The position numbers were made by a program, and so were the translations under genes. From an uncultured Christensenellaceae bacterium (lineage in GTDB: Bacteria > Bacillota > Clostridia > Christensenellales > UBA1242), in NCBI GenBank assembly GCA_910587225.1, contig CAJULT010000001.1:42753-106752 (forward strand): a stretch of DNA of 64,000 nucleotides. The letters are read 5' to 3'. Shown here in pieces: positions 24,634 through 34,254 of this stretch; the stretch's first letter is position 1; the number at the start of each line of letters is the position of its first letter. The notes under the pieces were generated by a model. The model was not told the origin of the DNA. It made no database searches and saw only the letters and a list, made by a program, of their open reading frames with translations.

Positions 24634-26480
24634 AAAAAGAAAATAGTTTAGTTAAAGAGGTTATTGAAGATTTTAAAGCGCGTCAGTTAGCCCGCAAAAA
24701 CTTTGAAACTGCGTGGCAGATTAATATGAACTTCCTTATGGGAAATCAATACTGCTCTGTTGGCTACGGCGGCAGCGTAGAGGAGGCGGACAAGCAGTTC
24801 TTCTGGCAGGAGAGAGAAGTATTTAACCATATAGCGCCTATTTACGACATTAGATGTGCAAAGCTTGCTAAAAATAAACCTGAGTTTTCGGTTGTCCCTG
24901 CTACCGATGATGAGCGAGATAGACAGGCGTGCAAAGTTTCTAAGAAGATTTTAAATTCGGTTTATTACAAGCTTAACATGGATGAAAAAATCAATCAGGC
25001 GATTAAGTGGAGTGAGGTTTGCGGAACATCCTTTTATAAAGTAAGTTGGAACGCCTCACAAGGTCAGCTTATTGCCACAGATGATGAAAATCGTGAGATT
25101 AGAAGCGGGGAAGTTGAGGTTGAAGTGTGCAGCCCATTTGAAATTTTTCCTGACGATCCTACTCATGAAAATATTGAAGACTGCCAAAGCATAATTCATG
25201 CTAGGGCATATAGCGTGGAGCAAATAGAAAAGCTTTACGGAGTTAAGGTCGACGGAGAGAGAATGAATTGTTACAGCCTTAACAGCGTTGCGAAGGGGCT
25301 GGGCGGACTTGGTTATAACGCTACTGCAACAAAGCTAATCGAAAGTGAAAAAGACAACTGTGCGCTGGTGCTTGAGCGTTATTCAAGACCGACAGTAGAT
25401 TTTCCAAATGGAAGGCTTGTAATTATCGCTGGGCAGACTTTGGTGTATGACGGTGAGCTTCCTTATGCATGCGGTAATGACGGCAAGCGCGACTTCCCAT
25501 TTATTAAGCAGTCAAGCATTGAGCAGACTGGATGTTTTTGGGGCGGCAGCGTGATTGAAAGGTTAGTACCTGTTCAAAGAGCGTACAATGCGGTTAAAAA
25601 TCGCAAACATGAATATATTAACAGACTTACACTTGGCGTTTTAAGTGTGGAGGACGGGTCAATTGACCTTGATGACTTAGAGGAAGAAGGACTTGCACCC
25701 GGCAAGGTTCTTGTTTACAGGCAGGGGGCAAGTGAGCCGCATTATTTGTCGGGCGAAAACATACCTAGCGGCTTTGCTGACGAGGAAGAAAAGCTGCTTG
25801 ATGAATTTAACAAAATCAGCGGGGTAAGTGACAAGTTTGGCAGTGATTTTGCAAGAACAAACATTTCGGGAACATCTCTTGAACTTATGATAAGTGAAGA
25901 TGAATCAAGACTTAACATTTCAGCGCAGTCAATTAAAGCGGCGTCAACTTCTATTGCAAGAAAGATTTTAAGACTTTATAAGCAGTTTGCCCTGTTCCCT
26001 CGTCTTGCAAGAATAGTAGGTGATAACGGACAAATTGAACTTTTCTACTTTTCGTCAAATGATATTTCTAGTGATGATGTTATGGTTGACCTGACGGGCG
26101 ACAATGCGCAGACGATGGTTCAAAAGCGGGAACTTATATTCGAGCTTTTAAAGGCAGGAGTTCTTTCTGACGAAGAGGGCAAGGTGCAGCCAACCATGAA
26201 AGTTAAAATTCTTGACATGCTTGGCATGGGCAACTGGGAAAGTGCGCAGGATATAAGTCAGCTTCACATTAAAAAAGCCGAAAAAGAGAACTTAAAGCTT
26301 TTGGACGGTGTGAATGTTAAGGTCAGCGAAATTGATGAGCATCAGCTCCACATTTCAAGCCACATTGCATTTATGCTAGGCGGCGACTATGAAAGTATAA
26401 AAACCAAAAATCCGCAACTTGAAGAGCTTTTTATGGCACATATCAAAGCTCACAAGCGTGCAAGTAAAATGGAGGAATAA
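24630..26480 (+). CDS. Phage portal protein
   Basis: 616 aa, placed before the scaffold and capsid genes. Portal-like N terminus (FETAWQINMNFLMGNQY). Confidence 0.75.
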   Translation: MKKENSLVKEVIEDFKARQLARKNFETAWQINMNFLMGNQYCSVGYGGSVEEADKQFFWQEREVFNHIAPIYDIRCAKLAKNKPEFSVVPATDDERDRQACKVSKKILNSVYYKLNMDEKINQAIKWSEVCGTSFYKVSWNASQGQLIATDDENREIRSGEVEVEVCSPFEIFPDDPTHENIEDCQSIIHARAYSVEQIEKLYGVKVDGERMNCYSLNSVAKGLGGLGYNATATKLIESEKDNCALVLERYSRPTVDFPNGRLVIIAGQTLVYDGELPYACGNDGKRDFPFIKQSSIEQTGCFWGGSVIERLVPVQRAYNAVKNRKHEYINRLTLGVLSVEDGSIDLDDLEEEGLAPGKVLVYRQGASEPHYLSGENIPSGFADEEEKLLDEFNKISGVSDKFGSDFARTNISGTSLELMISEDESRLNISAQSIKAASTSIARKILRLYKQFALFPRLARIVGDNGQIELFYFSSNDISSDDVMVDLTGDNAQTMVQKRELIFELLKAGVLSDEEGKVQPTMKVKILDMLGMGNWESAQDISQLHIKKAEKENLKLLDGVNVKVSEIDEHQLHISSHIAFMLGGDYESIKTKNPQLEELFMAHIKAHKRASKMEE

Positions 26481-26485
26481 AAATT

Positions 26486-27085
26486 ATGGAAGAAATCAGA
26501 GAACAACCGACCATGGAACCGGCAAATGTTTCGATTGAAACGGGTGAGGTGAGTGCTGCGAGTGAGGTCGGCTCTCAAACCGTTCGACAAGTTGAAAAAC
26601 CCGAACAAAGTGAATTTGGTAAGTTCAAAAATGCGGAAAGTTTGCTTACGGCCTATAACAATCTTGAAGCTGAGTTTACCAAAAAATGCCAAAGGCTGAG
26701 CGAACTTGAGAAAGAGCAAGCTCCTACGGCGGCGCAGTCGCTTGAAGAGTTTCTTTCGAATAAGCAGGAGGCTCGACCATTTGCGGACAAGTTGCAAGCG
26801 CTTGCAACTGAAAGCAAAAATGGGTCATACGAGGGGGCATGGGAAAGGCTGGTATATGAAAGCCTTACAAAGGGTGATACCTCTGACCCGATAATAAGTC
26901 ATTATATATTATCTAATAATGAACTTAAAGAAAAAATAGTTGAAGACTATCTAAACGCACTAAACAATAACAAACCGCCGATTATAATTTCATCGCAAAA
27001 GGGAGAACGAGTGTCTAGTGTAAAACCAGACACTCCGACTTCACTTGCGGAAGCTAAAAAAATGGTGGAGAAAATGTTTAGCTAA
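26486..27085 (+). CDS. Phage capsid scaffolding protein
   Basis: 199 aa, acidic and helical, with GKFKNAESLLTAYNNLEAEFTKK. Lies between the portal and capsid genes. Confidence 0.6.
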   Translation: MEEIREQPTMEPANVSIETGEVSAASEVGSQTVRQVEKPEQSEFGKFKNAESLLTAYNNLEAEFTKKCQRLSELEKEQAPTAAQSLEEFLSNKQEARPFADKLQALATESKNGSYEGAWERLVYESLTKGDTSDPIISHYILSNNELKEKIVEDYLNALNNNKPPIIISSQKGERVSSVKPDTPTSLAEAKKMVEKMFS

Positions 27086-27098
27086 AAGGAGAAAAAAA

Positions 27099-28298
27099 AT
27101 GGTTACATTACAAACAGCGGAAAACGCTTTAAAATCTGTTTATCTCGGCGCTATTGCTGAGCAAATCAACATTGCCACAAGTCCACTTTTTGCTAAAATT
27201 AAAAGAGCGAGCAAGGACATCTTCGGTAAAGAAATCGTAAAAGCTGCACCTTTTGGTGTTAATGGTGGTTTCTGTGCTGGTGGCGAAACTGACGCACTTC
27301 CTGTTGCTGGCAATTCAAGCTATGTTCAACTTAGAAGCGCTCTTAAAAACCTCTATGGAAAATTTGAAATCAGTGACAAGGCAGTACGTGCTTCAACAAG
27401 CAATGTTGGCGCATTTGTAAACCTTCTTGCTGATGAGATGGAAAAGCTTGTTAAATCTTGCTCTTTCAATCTCAACCGCATGCTTTTTGGTGACGGAAGC
27501 GGACTTGTTGCAACTGTTTCAGCTGCTACGGCAGGGGAACTTACCTGCGATAGCGTAAGAAACCTTGCAGAAGGTATGATGCTTGACGTTTACAAAGCAG
27601 ACGGAACTAAACTTGGACAAGTTCCTATGACTATTATCTCTGTTGACAGAGTTAATAACAAGGTAAAATATGCTACCACTTTCACAGACACTGTTTCGGC
27701 TGGTGCTAAACTTTACATTCAAGGTTCAAAAGATAAAGAAATCACTGGTATTGAAGCGCTCTTTACCGCAAGCGAACTTTATGGACTTAAAAAGAGCGAT
27801 TATGCTTGGCTTACTCCATACAAGGATGCAACAGCAGGTGAAATTAGCGACATTCGCATCCAAAAGGCAATCGACTTCTTGGAAGAAAACGCTGACAGCC
27901 GCGTAAACTTTATCGCAACTTCTAGAGAAGTTCGTCGTGCTTACCAAGAATATCTTGGCATTTATCGCAAGAACGTTGATATTGTGGACATGGGAAATGG
28001 TTACAAGACTATCACTCACAATGGCATACCTGTATATGCTGAAAGATTTATGGCTCCTAAGGCTATGTATCTTCTTAATACTGATGACTTCACCCTTTAT
28101 GAAATGGCTGACTGGTCTTGGATTGAGGACGGCGCAGGTCACATTTTAAGACAAAATGCAGGCTTCCCAACTTACAGTGCAACACTTGTAAAATATGCTG
28201 AACTTATCTGTGATAAACCACTCGGACAGGGCAAACTTGAAAACATAGCTCTTAGCGTGGAAGATCCTTACAAAACATACATTCCAGCAAATGAGTAA
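27099..28298 (+). CDS. Phage major capsid protein
   Basis: ATG at 27099 after an AAAGGAGAAA RBS. About 400 aa. Called from position and general capsid-like sequence. Confidence 0.7.
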   Translation: MVTLQTAENALKSVYLGAIAEQINIATSPLFAKIKRASKDIFGKEIVKAAPFGVNGGFCAGGETDALPVAGNSSYVQLRSALKNLYGKFEISDKAVRASTSNVGAFVNLLADEMEKLVKSCSFNLNRMLFGDGSGLVATVSAATAGELTCDSVRNLAEGMMLDVYKADGTKLGQVPMTIISVDRVNNKVKYATTFTDTVSAGAKLYIQGSKDKEITGIEALFTASELYGLKKSDYAWLTPYKDATAGEISDIRIQKAIDFLEENADSRVNFIATSREVRRAYQEYLGIYRKNVDIVDMGNGYKTITHNGIPVYAERFMAPKAMYLLNTDDFTLYEMADWSWIEDGAGHILRQNAGFPTYSATLVKYAELICDKPLGQGKLENIALSVEDPYKTYIPANE

Positions 28299-28342
28299 AG
28301 GATGAGAGGCAATAGCCTCTTTTCCTTTTATGGAGAAATATA

Positions 28343-28657
28343 ATGAAAAAATACTTAATCGTAGAACATGACCCACTGTTTATCTGCCAAAGACTGAAAG
28401 AAATTGATGAAAGTTACTTTGTGCTTTACAACCTGCAATCCTGTCAATTTGAAGTGCACTCAAATGCGCAGGAGGGAAATAGTTTTTGCTTTGCAGTTCG
28501 GTTTGACGGGCTGGACGCGAGAACGCTTGAAAAGGCAAGGGAAACTCGAAAAGAAAACATTGATGCGCTTATTGCTAAAATGGATGAAGAAAACGACAGA
28601 CTCTATAAAAAGCAGATTGAGGATGCGGCATGGGCTATGGCGGAGGTGATAAAATGA
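28343..28657 (+). CDS. Phage hypothetical protein (104 aa)
   Basis: Has an RBS and is translationally coupled to the next gene (ATGA overlap). Confidence 0.6.
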   Translation: MKKYLIVEHDPLFICQRLKEIDESYFVLYNLQSCQFEVHSNAQEGNSFCFAVRFDGLDARTLEKARETRKENIDALIAKMDEENDRLYKKQIEDAAWAMAEVIK

Positions 28658-29205
28658 AAGCATACGAAGTAATAAAACTTGCATGCGAGCTTTGTGAGGA
28701 TGATTTTGCAGATAAACTTGAAGATATTGAAAATATCTCGTTTTCAGAAGATGAGCAAAAGAAGATAAAAAAACTTTTATCTCTTCTTGACCTTGTAACA
28801 AGTGAGGCAGCGACTGAGCGTCCACTAACTTGCGAGGAAACTTTAAAAAGTGAAAATGGCAAGCTTATGCTAAAAAATCTTGGCGAGAAGTTACTTTCGG
28901 TGGTGTCTATCAAAAATGAAAATGGGAGAAGGCTTAACTACAAAATTTTCTCTTCTTACATTTCGGTAGAGGCTGAAAGCGTGAAAATTCGTTACACTTA
29001 TCTTCCAAAGAAGGCAACTATTGATAGCGAAGTGGAAACGCATCTGCCGCTTAGGATTTTGGCGTTTGCGCTTGCAAGAGAGATATGTCTAAGCGAAGGT
29101 CTTAACGAAGATGCTGATATATTTGAAGAGCGTTACAAGGCTGCACTTTCACTTCTTCCTTCACTTAAAAGAAGAGCAAGCGTTAGCGGGAGGAGGTGGC
29201 TTTAA
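28654..29205 (+). CDS. Phage head-completion/adaptor-like protein
   Basis: ATG at 28654 after a GGAGGTGA RBS. Called from position after the capsid gene; identity is tentative. Confidence 0.45.
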   Translation: MKAYEVIKLACELCEDDFADKLEDIENISFSEDEQKKIKKLLSLLDLVTSEAATERPLTCEETLKSENGKLMLKNLGEKLLSVVSIKNENGRRLNYKIFSSYISVEAESVKIRYTYLPKKATIDSEVETHLPLRILAFALAREICLSEGLNEDADIFEERYKAALSLLPSLKRRASVSGRRWL

Positions 29206-30659
29206 TGGCTAAATTTAACTCAAAAACCATTAAAACATTTACTTTTAACGATTTTTGCCGCCCAGATGGGCAGAAAGAAGATTATCAGACTAAGGCGATA
29301 AGTTATAACTTTTTCTTAGACAAACAGTCTTTTTCAAGCGGTTATGGCGTGGAAGTTATGAAAATGCCGACCGACAAAAATGACTTAAATAATCAGACGC
29401 CACTCGACATGGTGGGAAGTCAGGTTTTGCGTATGTGGAGCTTTCCATGGTTTAACGACTGGGAAAATGAAATAAAGTATAAACTTTTCTACTTTAATGA
29501 TCAGAAACAGTTTGTTAATATGACTATTATCGGTTCGCGCGAGCTTGATAGCCCTCTATCAAGTAATTTTACAAGCGTGCCTGTAGGAATGAACTACCGC
29601 ATTCATGGTCATGACTATATGATTTTCTCGGCAGCTGACGGGGATACATACGCGCTTGGCGAAACTTATCAGAAGGTACTTGAAAATGCTCCTAAGCTTA
29701 TGGATATATGTTCACATGATGATAAGCTTTATGCCTTAACCGCAACCGGCAGGCGAACTCTTGTTTACTCGGAAAGTAACAACATTTTCGATTGGGACAA
29801 TTCCACAACCGCACACCTTGATTTTACAGATGAGCGCGGACAGATGACAAAGGTGTTATCTTTTAATGATTACCTTTATGTCTTTCGCGAGTTTGGAATT
29901 ACAAGGGTGTCAACTTATGCAAATGGTGAGTTTAACATATCCCATATTTTTCAATCTACTAGCTATATCTTCCCTGAAACAATTTCATCAAGTGGTGAAG
30001 AGATTTATTTCTTAACGCGTGAGGGATTTTATAGATTTGACGGCTCTACCGTGAAAAAACTAGATTTGGACTTGGCAAAAAATATTCAAGACTTAACTCA
30101 TGCTAGCGCGTCAGTATTTGAAGGTAAGTATTATCTTGCCTGCAGGCTCGATTTTAAAGACGCAGCCACAGTAGGCTGCGAAGAGGGTGAGTATATAAAC
30201 AATGCAATCATTATCTATGATATTGGCAGCGGCGAGGTGGAAGTGATGCGCGGGGTAGATGCGGCGCAGCTACTTGCACTGAACAATCCTTACGTTTCAA
30301 AACTTGCTATTTCTTTTAATGGAGAACATATCGGAAAAATAGGGCAGCTTTCTTCTGACGGAAAAATATTTGGAAGTAGTATAAGAAAATATTGGTCAAG
30401 TAAATTTAGTTACTTTGGTATGGGGCGCGGCATGAAACGAGTTGAAAGTTTTTCTTTCAACTTTGAAGGCAAGTTCACCTTAAAAATTGAGAGTGACATT
30501 GACGCAAAAGAATTTACTTTTGAAGGGACTGGCACAAAGCGGGTGCGCGTAAAACTTAGTGGTCACAAATTTAAGTTAAGTTTTGCATCAGATGACGACG
30601 TGAAAATAAATGATTTTCAAATTTCAATAAGCGCGCAAAGTGAAGCTCGACAACTATAA
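29205..30659 (+). CDS. Phage structural protein (484 aa), function unknown
   Basis: ATG at 29205 overlaps the previous stop (TAATG) after GGGAGGAGGTGG. Appears beta-rich. Confidence 0.55.
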   Translation: MAKFNSKTIKTFTFNDFCRPDGQKEDYQTKAISYNFFLDKQSFSSGYGVEVMKMPTDKNDLNNQTPLDMVGSQVLRMWSFPWFNDWENEIKYKLFYFNDQKQFVNMTIIGSRELDSPLSSNFTSVPVGMNYRIHGHDYMIFSAADGDTYALGETYQKVLENAPKLMDICSHDDKLYALTATGRRTLVYSESNNIFDWDNSTTAHLDFTDERGQMTKVLSFNDYLYVFREFGITRVSTYANGEFNISHIFQSTSYIFPETISSSGEEIYFLTREGFYRFDGSTVKKLDLDLAKNIQDLTHASASVFEGKYYLACRLDFKDAATVGCEEGEYINNAIIIYDIGSGEVEVMRGVDAAQLLALNNPYVSKLAISFNGEHIGKIGQLSSDGKIFGSSIRKYWSSKFSYFGMGRGMKRVESFSFNFEGKFTLKIESDIDAKEFTFEGTGTKRVRVKLSGHKFKLSFASDDDVKINDFQISISAQSEARQL

Positions 30660-30754
30660 CCATATTAATTATATAAATCGAAAGAACATAGTTATCTGGG
30701 AGGTAGTTATGAAAAATATTCTCGAACTGAAAAATAAATCGGCAGACAGTAAAA

Positions 30755-30988
30755 ATGGATTTTTGGAATGAGCTTATAAGCGTCGTCGTGTCAAATGGTG
30801 TTTTTGCAACGCTTTTTGTATTCTTGTTTTTCTATCAACTTAAAGATAGCGCAAAACGAGAAAAAGCATATCAAAATACTATTGCAAATCTGACCGAGCA
30901 TCTTCAAATGATAGAGGATGTCAAGGAAGAAGTATCTGAACTTAAAGACCTTATTTTAAAGGAGGACGAAAGTGAAACAGAAGATTAA
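30755..30988 (+). CDS. BhlA/UviB-family holin-like protein
   Basis: NGVFATLFVFLFFYQLKDSAKREKAYQNTI parallels the remembered BhlA sequence QGPFAVLFCWLLFYVMKTSKERE. Confidence 0.7.
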   Translation: MDFWNELISVVVSNGVFATLFVFLFFYQLKDSAKREKAYQNTIANLTEHLQMIEDVKEEVSELKDLILKEDESETED

Positions 30989-31217
30989 ATCATACGGATT
31001 TTGGACAGCACTTTCGGGTGCGGTGGTTGTTCTTTTGGAAGCGCTCGGCAAAGCCTTTGGCTTTTCTGTGAATAATGATGTTGTTTCTTCAATCATTATG
31101 GCAATAGCCGGCGTGCTAGTTGTATTTGGCGTTGTAAGCATGCCAAATAAAGACAAGGACAATAGCGAAACTGAAGAGAAGCAGGAAAATGAACAAGACA
31201 AAGAAAAAGGGGAATAA
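30972..31217 (+). CDS. Phage holin (two-TM, phi-LC3-like)
   Basis: GTG start after a GGAGGA RBS. Two hydrophobic helices and a charged C-terminal tail. Confidence 0.65.
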   Translation: MKQKIKSYGFWTALSGAVVVLLEALGKAFGFSVNNDVVSSIIMAIAGVLVVFGVVSMPNKDKDNSETEEKQENEQDKEKGE

Positions 31218-31230
31218 TTCCCCTTTTTTT
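31204..31230 (+). terminator. Terminator ending the phage-like module
   Basis: GGGGAAT-a-ATTCCCC followed by a T7 run. Confidence 0.65.
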
Positions 31231-31294
31231 GTTTTAAGCGCGAAAAATCTTAAAATTTGTTGGAATTTTACGAGATTTTTATTAAAATAACCTT

Positions 31295-32782
31295 ATGTTA
31301 AAGCCGCCCTTTCATTTTAGGAAATTCTTTTACTGCTTTCTTGCCTTTGCGCTAGGGATTGTGGTTGCAAATAAATTGTACAGTGGACATGTAGCGACAA
31401 TCATCACGATTGTACTTACTTTTTGCGCGCTTGCGACCGGCTTTTTCTTGTTTGGCAGGTGGAAAGGGCTTCTTTTTATTTTGGCATTTTTCTTTATAGG
31501 TAATGGTAGTTATTATTTAAGTGATTATCTTTACGCGCCTAATACATATTCGGGCGAGTGTATGATTGTGGGCAGGGTAAGTTTTGTTTCCTCAAATTCT
31601 AGTTATGTTTATCTTGATAATGTAATGGTTGGCGGTGAGAAAGCCAAAAACATGTGTGCATATCTTAGCATTGAAGATGATATTGCTATCGGCGACAAAG
31701 TTGTTTTTACTTCTACCATAGAGAAAATTGACTTGTTTAGGAATGATAGTTTTTCAAGTTCCTATCTGCGTGCTGGTGTTGCGTATAAGACAAGTATAGA
31801 TGAAAATAATTATCAAATTGTTGCAAGTGGTCAATTTAGTTATGATGAAAGTTTGCGGTTTAAAGTTAAAGACATGCTTGAAGAGTATATGCCAAAGGAA
31901 AATGCAAATATATGTTATGCAATGCTGTTTGGTGACAAAAATGATTTAAATTCTTCTGTGAAAGAATTGTTCTCTCTTGCTGGCATTTCTCATATTCTTG
32001 TGGTATCTGGCTTACATGTGGGATTTTTAGTGGGAATGATATTTGGTCTACTTCGCCTTTTAAAGTTAAAACGTATTCCAAGTACCATTATTACTTTTAT
32101 TATTCTGCTTCTATACAATATAGTTTGTGGTTTTTCACCTAGCGTGGTAAGAGCGAGCATTATGGCAATTGTGTTAATGCTATCCAAAGTATTTGGTGGA
32201 GAATATGACGGATTAAATTCGCTGGGGCTTGCTGGCTTTATCACACTTCTTATTCAGCCACTTTTCGTTTTTGATTATGGATTTTTAATGAGTTATGGTT
32301 GTGTAGCGGCAATCTATCTTCTATGTCCGACGCTTACAAAACTATTTCGTAAATTTCTTCCAAGAAAAGCGGGTGACTTAATCGCGGTTTCTATCTCTGC
32401 ATCGCTTGGCTTTCTGCCATTCCTTGCCATGTTTGCAAGCAAGGTGAATTTGCTTTCTCCGTTTATTAACCTTTTGATTGTTCCTATCTTTTCAATTTTC
32501 TTTCCAGTGCTATTTATAATTTCGCTTATTGCGTTTGTTATACCTATATTGTCGCCGCTCCTTGTTGTATTATCCTACATAATTGACTTTATGATTTTAC
32601 TCGCTTCCTTCTTTGCGGGGACAGATTTATATTTCCCATTGAAAGTGCCTGCGCTGGCAACCGTTATTGTCTATTTCGCGAGCATGATTAATTTGAGCAG
32701 GATTAAAATGTCGGCTAAAAGTACAAAATTTATTTCTTTTTGTGTTTTGGGGATTTTGCTTATTGTTACAATTTTAATTTAA
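31295..32782 (+). CDS. comEC: ComEC/Rec2 competence channel protein (no metallo-beta-lactamase domain)
   Basis: LFGDKNDLNSSVKELFSLAGISHILVVSGLHVG. comEC-holA synteny. Only 495 aa. Confidence 0.85.
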   Translation: MLKPPFHFRKFFYCFLAFALGIVVANKLYSGHVATIITIVLTFCALATGFFLFGRWKGLLFILAFFFIGNGSYYLSDYLYAPNTYSGECMIVGRVSFVSSNSSYVYLDNVMVGGEKAKNMCAYLSIEDDIAIGDKVVFTSTIEKIDLFRNDSFSSSYLRAGVAYKTSIDENNYQIVASGQFSYDESLRFKVKDMLEEYMPKENANICYAMLFGDKNDLNSSVKELFSLAGISHILVVSGLHVGFLVGMIFGLLRLLKLKRIPSTIITFIILLLYNIVCGFSPSVVRASIMAIVLMLSKVFGGEYDGLNSLGLAGFITLLIQPLFVFDYGFLMSYGCVAAIYLLCPTLTKLFRKFLPRKAGDLIAVSISASLGFLPFLAMFASKVNLLSPFINLLIVPIFSIFFPVLFIISLIAFVIPILSPLLVVLSYIIDFMILLASFFAGTDLYFPLKVPALATVIVYFASMINLSRIKMSAKSTKFISFCVLGILLIVTILI

Positions 32783-32830
32783 TTGCTTGCATGTTGGCAA
32801 GCAGTTATGATATAACTAAGTTAGGTAGAT

Positions 32831-33775
32831 ATGAAAACTTTAAAAAGCAGGCTTAAAGAAGGAATAGATTGTTGTTATCTTGTCAGTGGCGATGACCACT
32901 TCCTTTTTGATAAGGCTGCTAGTATGATTACAAAGGCTATCAACTTGCAACTTGAAGACTTTAACAAGTCTATCTTTGATGATGATAATTATTCGGCGCA
33001 AAGCGTGCTTGCTGCCTGTGAGATTTTGCCTATGGGAAGCGAAAAGCGGCTGGTGCTTGTAAAAAATGTTACAAAAGTAAGCGAGAGTGATAAGGCATTA
33101 TATTTAAAGTATCTTCAAAATCCTTGTCGTAGCACTGTGCTTTTAATTTTAGATTACAATGATAAATTCGGCTATCTTAAAAACGAGTGTGCATATGTTG
33201 ACGCGAAGAGGATGGATAGAACTCTTGCTAAAAATGTTATTGTGGCGACCTTGGCTAAGGCGGGCAAGCAGATAAGTGGTGAGGCGGTTGATACTTTGCT
33301 TGACTATGGCAATGGGTATTTAACAAATGTTATGAACGAACTTGACAAACTTATTTATTTCGACCCTTACGAAAGTCTTATTACAAAAAACCTTGTTGAA
33401 AAAGTAGCAATTAAGAACATGGAATTTACAGTCTTTGAACTTACCGAAGCGCTAGGTCGAAAAAATTTTGATAAGGCAATCAAGCTACTTTCCTATATGG
33501 AAAAAGAGGCGGGAACGTTAAGTCTTATAACCAATCATTTTAGAAGAATGTTTTTTATTTCTATTAGTGGAATGAGTGATAGTGAACTGGCGTCTTTGCT
33601 TGGTGTAAAAGAATATGCAGTAATGAAACAGCGTCAGCAGGCGGCAAACTTTTCAAAAATGCAGCTTAAAAAAATCTACGCGCTGCTTGAAGAGGTCGAC
33701 TATAAAATTAAAAGTGGGCAGATGCTTTCGAGCAATGCGTTATATTATTTAGTCTTTCAAATCGCATTTATTTAG
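32831..33775 (+). CDS. holA: DNA polymerase III delta subunit
   Basis: 314 aa, lies after comEC as in Bacillus, with a delta-like N terminus. Confidence 0.8.
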   Translation: MKTLKSRLKEGIDCCYLVSGDDHFLFDKAASMITKAINLQLEDFNKSIFDDDNYSAQSVLAACEILPMGSEKRLVLVKNVTKVSESDKALYLKYLQNPCRSTVLLILDYNDKFGYLKNECAYVDAKRMDRTLAKNVIVATLAKAGKQISGEAVDTLLDYGNGYLTNVMNELDKLIYFDPYESLITKNLVEKVAIKNMEFTVFELTEALGRKNFDKAIKLLSYMEKEAGTLSLITNHFRRMFFISISGMSDSELASLLGVKEYAVMKQRQQAANFSKMQLKKIYALLEEVDYKIKSGQMLSSNALYYLVFQIAFI

Positions 33776-33788
33776 ATGCGATTTTTTG
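33759..33788 (+). terminator. holA terminator
   Basis: AATCGCAT-loop-ATGCGATT followed by a T run. Confidence 0.65.
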
Positions 33789-33930
33789 CATATGTCATTC
33801 CTGTATTTTTATCCGCAATTTTCGTAAAATTTAGACATAATACAGCTCCGCGATTTATTTGGTGAAACTTTGATAAATTGTTATACTTGGCATGTTTCCT
33901 AAAAAAAATAAAAGGAGTTTAAAAATTATC

Positions 33931-34254
33931 ATGAAACGGGAAGTGCTTAAAAGTTTAGCGTTAAAAGCTAAGAATAGACTTATACACAAAAAGGAAGGAA
34001 AAGATTTTATTGCTGAATTTGATCAAGCTATTGATGTTAAAATTATTACCGACGAAGACGAGATATTTTATGATAAGGTCAAAGCACTTCTTGAAGAGGA
34101 TCAAGACATTATTAATCCTATCAAAAAGTTAATGGACGAAAACTATCTTTTGCGTTTGGATGCGCGAGCAAGAGAGCGTTATCTACTCGACACTATTGAC
34201 AAATATCATAAGACTCGCAAAATGATTGAACAGGAGAGAGCATTAATTTGCTAG
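33931..34254 (+). CDS. Hypothetical protein (107 aa)
   Basis: ATG at 33931 after an AAAGGAG RBS. No family recognised. Confidence 0.6.
   Translation: MKREVLKSLALKAKNRLIHKKEGKDFIAEFDQAIDVKIITDEDEIFYDKVKALLEEDQDIINPIKKLMDENYLLRLDARARERYLLDTIDKYHKTRKMIEQERALIC

Larger units (their letters stand above)
24141..31217 (+). mobile_element. Phage-derived head plus holin gene module (cryptic, incomplete)
   Basis: Ten tightly coupled co-oriented genes: TerS-like fragment, Zn-finger protein, portal, scaffold, major capsid, adaptor-like protein, a 484-aa structural protein and two holin-like proteins. I see no TerL, tail, lysin or integrase. Confidence 0.7.

Noticed and set aside
24020-31294. Direct repeats (att sites) flanking the phage-like head module.
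   Set aside because: Comparing 24020-24140 with 31218-31294 by eye gave only a 7-nt coincidence (ATTTGTT), which is not significant in AT-rich DNA.
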